Shown: positions 5,616 to 11,406 of the stretch, one piece after another
Position numbering within the stretch: the first letter of the stretch is position 1
Layout of the letters: every line of letters starts with the position of its first letter
IMG/VR virus record: IMGVR_UViG_3300035660_001437
Source of the DNA: a virus
Lineage: Duplodnaviria; Heunggongvirae; Uroviricota; Caudoviricetes
Reading direction: 5' to 3' (one strand)
DNA length: 11,408 nucleotides
The notes under the pieces: model-generated
What the model was told of the DNA's origin: nothing
The model's database searches: none
Seen by the model: the letters and a program-made list of their open reading frames with translations, nothing else
Program-made: the position numbers and the translations under genes

Positions 5616-6389
5616 ATGAAGAACAAAATTAAATACATCGCTCTTTTTTCTCTTTTGTTGCTAAGCTTTCTGTTGGTTCTGCCTGTTATTGCGCAAAAAG
5701 AAGAAAAGTTTGAATATAACACTGAATATGACTCTACTGCACCTGTCTATGGACTCATCTGGTTAGGTCAAACATTCACACCTCAAATAAGCCATAAACT
5801 ATCAAAAATAGTTTTAACAGGTTGGGAAGAAGGAAACCCAGAAAGCGATTTCATCGTAAGCATGAGAGCGACTGACGAGGATGGAAAACCAACAGGTGAA
5901 GATTTAGCTGTAAAATCTATTTGGGCAATGAGTATTTCCCCCGAAGAAAGTGAAATTGAAATAGTGTTTGATACCCAAATACTTTTGGTTGCGGGCACTA
6001 AATACGTAATTGTTTGTAGATGTCCAGATGGAAATGAACAGCAACGAATCGTGCTTGTTGCTTCCGACTTAAATCCATATCCACGAGGTGAAAAACTCTA
6101 TTCGGAAGACGGTGGAGAAACATGGGAAATACACGAGGAACTCGATTTGTGGTTTGAAGAATGGGGATATGAAGAAGTTGCATCACCAAGCATGAACGAT
6201 GCATTAATCCCGTTCCTTCCAGTAATTGGTATCGCTTTTGGAGTTGCTTTTGTGGCACTGTTCTTCACACTCGCAATTTACTATTCCAATCCCACTTCCG
6301 AAATACCTTTCGAGAAAATCATTGTTCCTCTATTTGCAGTAATATCGGTATGCTCGTGCCTTCTGGTAATAGGAATATTTGGGCTGTAA
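5616..6389 (+). CDS. 257-aa surface protein: N-terminal hydrophobic helix, acidic beta-sandwich domain, two C-terminal TM helices
   Basis: LGQTF...DGKPTGEDLA...LVAGTKYVIV pattern typical of extracellular beta-sandwich domains; helix at 6189-6278 aligns with helix 2 of the 5143 protein. Confidence 0.85.
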   Translation: MKNKIKYIALFSLLLLSFLLVLPVIAQKEEKFEYNTEYDSTAPVYGLIWLGQTFTPQISHKLSKIVLTGWEEGNPESDFIVSMRATDEDGKPTGEDLAVKSIWAMSISPEESEIEIVFDTQILLVAGTKYVIVCRCPDGNEQQRIVLVASDLNPYPRGEKLYSEDGGETWEIHEELDLWFEEWGYEEVASPSMNDALIPFLPVIGIAFGVAFVALFFTLAIYYSNPTSEIPFEKIIVPLFAVISVCSCLLVIGIFGL

Positions 6390-6401
6390 TAACCAATGAC
6401 A

Positions 6402-6435
6402 GTTCTCAAAGAACGGGTAGGGGCAACCGCTACCT
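6402..6435 (+). other. Two adjacent intergenic hairpins: GTTCT-CAA-AGAAC and GGTAGGG-GCAA-CC(G)CTACC
   Basis: Read directly from the sequence; the second has a GNRA (GCAA) tetraloop, 7 bp and one bulged G. Confidence 0.5.
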
Positions 6436-6470
6436 AGTGCGGAAGTAAAAATAAAAGGAGTTGAAAAACA

Positions 6471-7034
6471 ATGGAAATAAGTAGAAAGAAATTTGCACTA
6501 GCAATAATACTATGCTGCCTAATAGCTTTCACCAGTGGCTACGCAATACAGAACGCTTACATAAACAAGCATCAGCCTTCAAGAGGCGGTGCTAACGTAT
6601 TCCTTACTGTAGAATCGCCTATGGGAATCTATGACATTCCAATAACGAATTTGATAACAAACATAGGCGAAAATCAAACAGCAACAAGACAAAGAGTAGG
6701 TGATACTTATGTTGCCATTAAATACATCAGTTTAGGTAATGCAACCGCTTCGGTCTCGCTGACAAAACTGACAACTGAAGCTACAACTTTAGGTGCGGAA
6801 AGAGCAGAAGGAACAGTGTCAGCATTGTACTTATATTCAGGTGATGCAGCCTATAATGTCACTAACAAATTCACTTTCTCAGGTGACATTACACTTAATT
6901 GTGCAGGGGGTAATTGGGACCCTGTAGGCGATAGTGATAACAATCTATATTCATGTGCTGACTTTACAGAGACAGCATTCGCTAACAACTGGAACTTGAC
7001 AATTACTTGGGTGTACGTGTTCGATGGCAACTAA
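6471..7034 (+). CDS. 187-aa membrane-anchored/exported protein with a phage tail-fibre/baseplate-attachment-like beta domain (DUF3751-like)
   Basis: N-terminal hydrophobic segment; NLITNIG...YISLG...TKLTTE...R...KFTF...LTITW pattern; four N-x-T sequons (NQT, NAT, NVT, NLT). Domain call about 0.5. Confidence 0.85.
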   Translation: MEISRKKFALAIILCCLIAFTSGYAIQNAYINKHQPSRGGANVFLTVESPMGIYDIPITNLITNIGENQTATRQRVGDTYVAIKYISLGNATASVSLTKLTTEATTLGAERAEGTVSALYLYSGDAAYNVTNKFTFSGDITLNCAGGNWDPVGDSDNNLYSCADFTETAFANNWNLTITWVYVFDGN

Positions 7035-7044
7035 GGTGAGATAG

Positions 7045-8802
7045 ATGAAACGCAAGCTCCTTTCTTTCTTAGTTATTCTACTATTAGTTAGCCCACTGGC
7101 TGTTTTGCAGTTTGTTCCTTCGGTGAAGGCTTCTCCAACGGTAGCTACTGTTGGCACATCCACAGTCACGAATCCTGTTGTCTCTCCATCGCAAAAGAAA
7201 ACCTTCTTTTGTAGTGGAAATAACAGGTGGTACGGTTGGTATTCTAACGGCACGAGGTTTGGATGGGAAACGAGTTTAGATGGCATCGACTGGACGGGAG
7301 CGTTTACCGCTTATGGGGCTTATGGTAGTGCATTCCTTGATTTGTGGTATGATGAACCAAACAACAAAATATGTTTAGTAAGAACCACAGGTGCACCGAA
7401 TGTTTATTATAGGCAGGGAACAGCAAATGCTGATGGAACGATAACATGGGATTCTGGTGAAGTTACAGTTAGTACGGATAGTGCAGGCATTCCGAGAGTG
7501 TGTAAAGATTCAAATGGTTATCCCTGGGTTTCTTATACGGGAACTTTAAATAACGAACAAGTTGTTAAAGCGACAACGACAACTGGCAGTTCATGGGGTT
7601 CAGCGACTACTTTATGGACAAACAGGGCAGTAGGTTCAGAAACGAATGTAATTCTTCCATTAACTCTTGGAAAAATGCTTGCAATTAGTAGTGCAACTGG
7701 TTACGTGTTTCAAAGCAGACTTTTCGACACCTCAACATGGGCGGCGGCTGTAAATGCAAGTACATCCCTTCCTTACGGTTATCGTTATTTTGATGCCGTT
7801 GCAGATGGCGATGACGTTCATCTGGTTTTTGCTAAGAAAACAAGCGTTGATATTATTTACGTGAAATATGTTTATGGAACGGGATGGGGAAACGAAGAAA
7901 CCGTTGAAACTGCCTGTTTGTATTGGTACAATCCAGCTATAACCTTTAAGTCGGCGGATAAAGTGCGAGTGTTCTACCTAAAAAGTGCAACCACTATTAA
8001 GTATCGAGATAGGGACGTTGGTTCATGGCAAGATGCGGTTACAATAAGTTCCACTGAAACCTCAATGACTTGTCTTTCAAGCAGTTACCAAGCGTTTTCG
8101 TCAAAGTTTTGCGTAACATGGAAAAGCGGAACTTCAAGCCCGTACAATGTAAGGTTTGAATGCTACACGATTACAGCAGGAGCACCAGAAGAACGCAGTT
8201 ATACCTTCACGGAAACCATGAAGCCTTCATCAACTTTATATCAATGGCAAGAACACTCAAGAACTTTCATAGAGACCGTTATTCTAACAGTCGTATTCAA
8301 CCAATGGCAAGAACATAGTTATGCTTTCCAACAAACGATAACACCTACTGAAAGCATAACCTATTGGCAAGAACATAGATACGTATTAATCGAAACAATA
8401 ACTCCTTCGGATATTCTGAATCTTTGGCAAGAGCAAATACTTACTTTCATAGAGACTGCAAAGCCCGTCAGCACGTCGTATCATTGGGTTGAAGGAGCGT
8501 ACCTATTCTTCGAATACACCTTTACTGAGACAATTCATCCTTCGGCGACATTAAACTATTGGCAAGAGCAAGTGTATAGCTTCATTGAAACTATAAATCC
8601 TTCAGCTACACTATCTCATTGGGTAGAAGGTATATACCAGTTCTTCGAATACACCTTCACCGAACCAATTACACCCTCAGCCATATTGAACTATTCTATT
8701 GAAAGAAGCACAGTGGCATGGCTTGCCGTCGCCATTCTCATTTTGATTTGCGGAGGCATCCTCGGGGTTCTATTCATTCGCAGGAGGCTAACGTCGAATT
8801 GA
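7045..8802 (+). CDS. 585-aa type I membrane spike/adhesin: signal peptide, probable beta-propeller head, 8-repeat stalk, C-terminal TM anchor
   Basis: Signal ending PSVKA; Trp/Thr/Ser-rich beta segments with blade-like ends (TSLDGIDW, SSWG, GTGWG, GSWQ); repeats at 8191-8700; TM VAWLAVAILILICGGILGVLFI followed by RRR; ATG 5 nt after AGGTGA. Confidence 0.9.
   Translation: MKRKLLSFLVILLLVSPLAVLQFVPSVKASPTVATVGTSTVTNPVVSPSQKKTFFCSGNNRWYGWYSNGTRFGWETSLDGIDWTGAFTAYGAYGSAFLDLWYDEPNNKICLVRTTGAPNVYYRQGTANADGTITWDSGEVTVSTDSAGIPRVCKDSNGYPWVSYTGTLNNEQVVKATTTTGSSWGSATTLWTNRAVGSETNVILPLTLGKMLAISSATGYVFQSRLFDTSTWAAAVNASTSLPYGYRYFDAVADGDDVHLVFAKKTSVDIIYVKYVYGTGWGNEETVETACLYWYNPAITFKSADKVRVFYLKSATTIKYRDRDVGSWQDAVTISSTETSMTCLSSSYQAFSSKFCVTWKSGTSSPYNVRFECYTITAGAPEERSYTFTETMKPSSTLYQWQEHSRTFIETVILTVVFNQWQEHSYAFQQTITPTESITYWQEHRYVLIETITPSDILNLWQEQILTFIETAKPVSTSYHWVEGAYLFFEYTFTETIHPSATLNYWQEQVYSFIETINPSATLSHWVEGIYQFFEYTFTEPITPSAILNYSIERSTVAWLAVAILILICGGILGVLFIRRRLTSN
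8191..8700 (+). repeat. Eight tandem coding repeats (six of 20 aa/60 bp, two of 25 aa/75 bp), consensus E-x-x-Y-x-F-x-E-T-I-x-P-S-x-x-L-x-x-W-Q
   Basis: Units start at 8191, 8251, 8311, 8371, 8431, 8491, 8566 and 8626; TGGCAAGA(A/G)CA recurs at the junctions. Confidence 0.9.
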
Positions 8803-8844
8803 GCAAGTATGACGTGCGAAATCCCAGAGCAGCGCAGGGATTGA
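8797..8844 (+). repeat. 48-bp direct repeat, copy 2
   Basis: 40/48 identity to 5099-5146; AATCCC at 8820-8825 and GGGATT at 8837-8842. Confidence 0.9.
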
Positions 8845-8999
8845 CAGAAGATAAAGAACACGGCTTTTTAATTGAGCTCGTTTTTTTAATTCTTGCGATA
8901 ATTGCTGCGCTCTGCGGCGCTGTCCTGAGGACTTGCGAGGCGGTAGACGAGCGCGCAAGGCGCGCTTTCGGAAAGCTCAAGTCGCTTAAAAATAGATAG
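8799..8999 (+). CDS. 66-aa single-TM protein with basic amphipathic C-terminal helix (MSKYDVRNPRAAQGL...)
   Basis: TTG overlapping the spike stop (TTGA), AGGAGG at 8782-8787; preferred over the track start at 8718, which runs through the spike TM coding region. Ends TAG TAA. Confidence 0.8.
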   Translation: MSKYDVRNPRAAQGLTEDKEHGFLIELVFLILAIIAALCGAVLRTCEAVDERARRAFGKLKSLKNR

Positions 9000-9008
9000 T
9001 AAAGGAGA

Positions 9009-9215
9009 ATGAAAGAATTGTCTGAAAGCGTGCTGTCTGTTCTTTACTACGTTTTTATAGTAGCGATAGCTTCCTTAGCTTACCTTGCATTTAAAATACT
9101 CGAAGCAATCTACGAATCAGCGTCGCGCGCGTACGATGCTTTAGCAAGTCTCAAAGAGAGGGTAAAGAGGTCAACCAAGCAGCCAAACAATAAATCACGC
9201 TCATTAGCACAGTAA
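9009..9215 (+). CDS. 68-aa single-TM protein, paralog of 8799-8999 (true start may be TTG 9018)
   Basis: TM followed by EAIYESASRAYDALASLKER; AGGAG at 9003-9007 fits TTG 9018 better than ATG 9009. Confidence 0.8.
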   Translation: MKELSESVLSVLYYVFIVAIASLAYLAFKILEAIYESASRAYDALASLKERVKRSTKQPNNKSRSLAQ

Positions 9216-9230
9216 CATTTATATAGAAGC
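9212..9230 (+). promoter_or_regulatory. Archaeal promoter: GTAACA + TTTATATA (9218-9225) + GAAGC
   Basis: TATA consensus about 40 nt upstream of ATG 9258, which has a GAGGT RBS. Confidence 0.7.
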
Positions 9231-9257
9231 GTGCAATCATAGTACCGAGGTTTAATT

Positions 9258-9590
9258 ATGACGGAAGAAGTATCAAAACCATATATAATAAATACGCCTT
9301 GCACCTTTTTGAAATTCCAAATCGAGAAGCGGCTTTTAAAACTTAAAGAAACAATGGAATACCTGCAACCAGAAAATCAAACGGTGAGCAACATTACAGA
9401 ATCACTTTTAAAGTTAACAAACATGTTAAACACCGGCGGCCGTGTGGAAAATCTAGGAGCAATCAAAGAAGAAACAGAAAATTTAGCAGGTTCGGCTACA
9501 GATTTGTGCACTTTTAGCGATTTAATACTATCTAATATTGAAGAAATACTGACATTCATCGAACTTTTGGAGTCAAATCGTTTCTTCTAG
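9258..9590 (+). CDS. 110-aa acidic, helical (coiled-coil-like) hypothetical protein
   Basis: ATG 7 nt after GAGGT; Leu/Glu-rich heptad-like pattern; own promoter. Confidence 0.8.
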   Translation: MTEEVSKPYIINTPCTFLKFQIEKRLLKLKETMEYLQPENQTVSNITESLLKLTNMLNTGGRVENLGAIKEETENLAGSATDLCTFSDLILSNIEEILTFIELLESNRFF

Positions 9591-9664
9591 GTAGCGAGCA
9601 GGAATGGCGGAATGCGGCATTTAATTACTTTTGCAATTATAGAAAAAAGGAGGTGAGCAATCTA

Positions 9665-10216
9665 GTGAGCATTCGAAATGTAGGAGAGAACGTGCTTCAG
9701 CAGAGAGAGATTGACCAAGAAGCACTAGCCTGCCCGCGCTGCGGTAGCACGAACTTTCATGAGACGTGGCATCATGAGGGTAAAGCAGGCTACTGGTGCG
9801 ATAACTGCGACAGGCGGTTTATAGCGCCAAAAGCGGACAATTTCTATCTCGAAGAATCACAAGGGCCAATTACAGTAAGAGGGGCGATACCGATTTACGG
9901 CAGTATAAAAGAGCGACCAATTTGCAGGGCGCATGTAGATAAAATGATTCAAGAAGGCCACGAACTCGAAGATATAGCTACCGGATGGTCAAAAAGAGTC
10001 AACGTATCAGATGGAATTGCAAAGCAGGCCGCGAGGATGCTGCACAAACTATATGGAGACGGCCGCGTCATCGTTCTGCAAAAATATTCAATGCCTTATC
10101 ACACCGGAAGAGTGGCCGTTTTTATCCCTTATTGGCTTCCTGAAGCTGGACAGGAAGCAGCGCTGGAAGAAGCAAAGAGGCAGCTTGAAAAGCGATGTCC
10201 CTCAACTTATCCATAA
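9665..10216 (+). CDS. Zinc-ribbon protein (CPRC-x17-CDNC) with an uncharacterised C-terminal domain
   Basis: CPRCGSTNF...YWCDNCDRRF; GTG 9665 lies 8 nt after GGAGGTGA (the track start 9653 is inside the RBS). Confidence 0.85.
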   Translation: MSIRNVGENVLQQREIDQEALACPRCGSTNFHETWHHEGKAGYWCDNCDRRFIAPKADNFYLEESQGPITVRGAIPIYGSIKERPICRAHVDKMIQEGHELEDIATGWSKRVNVSDGIAKQAARMLHKLYGDGRVIVLQKYSMPYHTGRVAVFIPYWLPEAGQEAALEEAKRQLEKRCPSTYP

Positions 10217-10245
10217 TCCGATTCCACACCACTAACACACTCATT

Positions 10246-11085
10246 TTAAATCGACTTGTACTCAAAATTCATGTACTGATAAAGCTCCAGCAGCTCATCC
10301 ATGTGCTCTCTCCTAACTGTGCTACACCCGTCGTACAAAGCTATCGCTTTCAATAAAGTCATAAGGTTCTCTTTTGCTCTTATCCCGACTAGACTTTCTC
10401 TAGTATATGCCCTGGCTGCGCGCTCTACATTATTCGCCATCATTTTAGCATAAAAGTCCAGCTCTCTTGCATATTGCCCCGGCAGATTTACCACTGAAGT
10501 TTCCTCTCTCTTCACAAAGTATTTTTCTTCCGCGTTATGCTCCTCTTTCTCAATAAACCTCATTATTTGCTTCCTCAAATCACGCCCATATATGTAAGTA
10601 AATGGAATCGGCCGGCTCAAAAAAGACAAACTTCTAAAGACACTCCTCTTATCTCCAAGGTCGCTTGGTGTTGTGCACATCAGAAACCCGAAATTCTTCC
10701 GATTTTTAAGTTGAAGATTAATGTTGCCGGTTCTATAAGTCTTTATTCCTTCCTGAGTCGCCTGTTTTATAAAAGCTAAGAACTGCTCTCTAACGGCCCT
10801 GTTAAATGCTTGCATATTCTCGAGGTCGAGCACGACGAAGTGATGAGTGCTTTCTATATCTTTCTCAGTCATATTCTGTAGTATGCTGGCCAATCCAAAC
10901 GCCGTGGTCTTGTCAATGAACATCGCTCCAAGCATTTCAAACTTGTTGACCTCTGAACTCTTCCCATGTTCCGGCGGGGCTACAATAAGCCCAGACACCG
11001 GATACGGCTTGTTCTCAACAAACCCGGTGTAAAGAACATATTTCGAAAAAGCCTTGACCGGCTCCACGCCTATATTCTTTACCAT
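10246..11085 (-). CDS. 279-aa MCM-like AAA+ ATPase (core only, no N-terminal Zn/OB domain); putative replicative helicase/initiator
   Basis: Walker A APPEHGKS, Walker B FVVLDLE, pre-sensor-1 hairpin EGIKTYRTGNINL, sensor 1 MCTT, Arg finger LSRP, sensor 2 IRAKENL, and MCM-like terminal helices (LLKAIALYDG...V...HMDELLEL). Confidence 0.75.
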   Translation of the reverse strand: MVKNIGVEPVKAFSKYVLYTGFVENKPYPVSGLIVAPPEHGKSSEVNKFEMLGAMFIDKTTAFGLASILQNMTEKDIESTHHFVVLDLENMQAFNRAVREQFLAFIKQATQEGIKTYRTGNINLQLKNRKNFGFLMCTTPSDLGDKRSVFRSLSFLSRPIPFTYIYGRDLRKQIMRFIEKEEHNAEEKYFVKREETSVVNLPGQYARELDFYAKMMANNVERAARAYTRESLVGIRAKENLMTLLKAIALYDGCSTVRREHMDELLELYQYMNFEYKSI

Positions 11086-11113
11086 TTTTATACCTCTAAC
11101 TTATACTGAACAT

Positions 11114-11132
11114 CCTTCTTTATAAATGTTTC
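11114..11132 (-). promoter_or_regulatory. Archaeal promoter for the AAA+ gene: GAAACA + TTTATAAA (11126-11119) + GAAGG
   Basis: TATA about 34 nt upstream of the ATG; GAGGT RBS at 11096-11092. Confidence 0.75.
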
Positions 11133-11148
11133 TATTATGTATGCTCGC

Positions 11149-11217
11149 CCCTTTGCGGAAGAAACAATGTAGTCCTGAGGGAATCTCGCGAGACTACATT
11201 GTTTCCACTGTAAAGGG
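11149..11217. other. 69-nt hairpin/cruciform: perfect 14-bp inverted repeat (11161-11174 / 11192-11205) plus an outer 10-bp stem with two G-U pairs
   Basis: GAAACAATGTAGTC and GACTACATTGTTTC are exact reverse complements; CCCTTTGCGG pairs with CTGTAAAGGG. Confidence 0.85.
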
Positions 11218-11229
11218 TCTTTTGAGTCT

Positions 11230-11406
11230 CTACACCTTTTCTCCCCCAGCGCACCTCCGCGAACTCAAACAGCTCTCAAATAGGAAGTTCCAGAAGTCTC
11301 TTTTTGCACCCCACATTTTTTTCTCGAAAGGCATTTGCTCAGGTGTAAGAGCGCCTGGAAGGCGCAGGAAGGCAAGAAGTCCCAGTAGGAACGCATCACA
11401 CACACA
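11230..11406 (-). CDS. Possible 3' end of a minus-strand gene entering from outside the window (..CVCDAFLLGLLAFLRLPGALTPEQMPFEKKMWGAKRDFWNFLFESCLSSRRCAGGEKV*)
   Basis: 58 open codons to TAG at 11232-11230; protein-like composition but no recognisable motif. Confidence 0.35.
   Translation of the reverse strand, partial: CVCDAFLLGLLAFLRLPGALTPEQMPFEKKMWGAKRDFWNFLFESCLSSRRCAGGEKV

Noticed and set aside
8245-8571. TGGCAAGA(A/G)CA recurring every 60 bp as a possible CRISPR array
   Set aside because: Only about 11 bp are conserved, the units are in frame and encode a protein repeat, and the intervening sequences are homologous to each other rather than unique spacers.
8718-8798. Track start of the 93-aa ORF
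   Set aside because: Overlaps the spike TM coding region; TTG 8799 has an RBS, a TTGA overlap and matches the repeat-defined start at 5101.
7045-8802. Spike as a pleolipovirus-type fusogen
   Set aside because: Topology matches (signal peptide plus C-terminal TM), but the sequence looks like a beta-propeller plus repeat stalk and I recognise no fusogen features.
55-10779. Remaining overlapping track ORFs (e.g. 777-977, 1188-1430, 1397-1771, 1999-2232, 2492-2929, 3377-3889, 4124-4432, 5369-5722, 6951-7286, 10011-10235, 10537-10779)
   Set aside because: All overlap better-supported genes in another frame or strand and lack motifs and RBS context.
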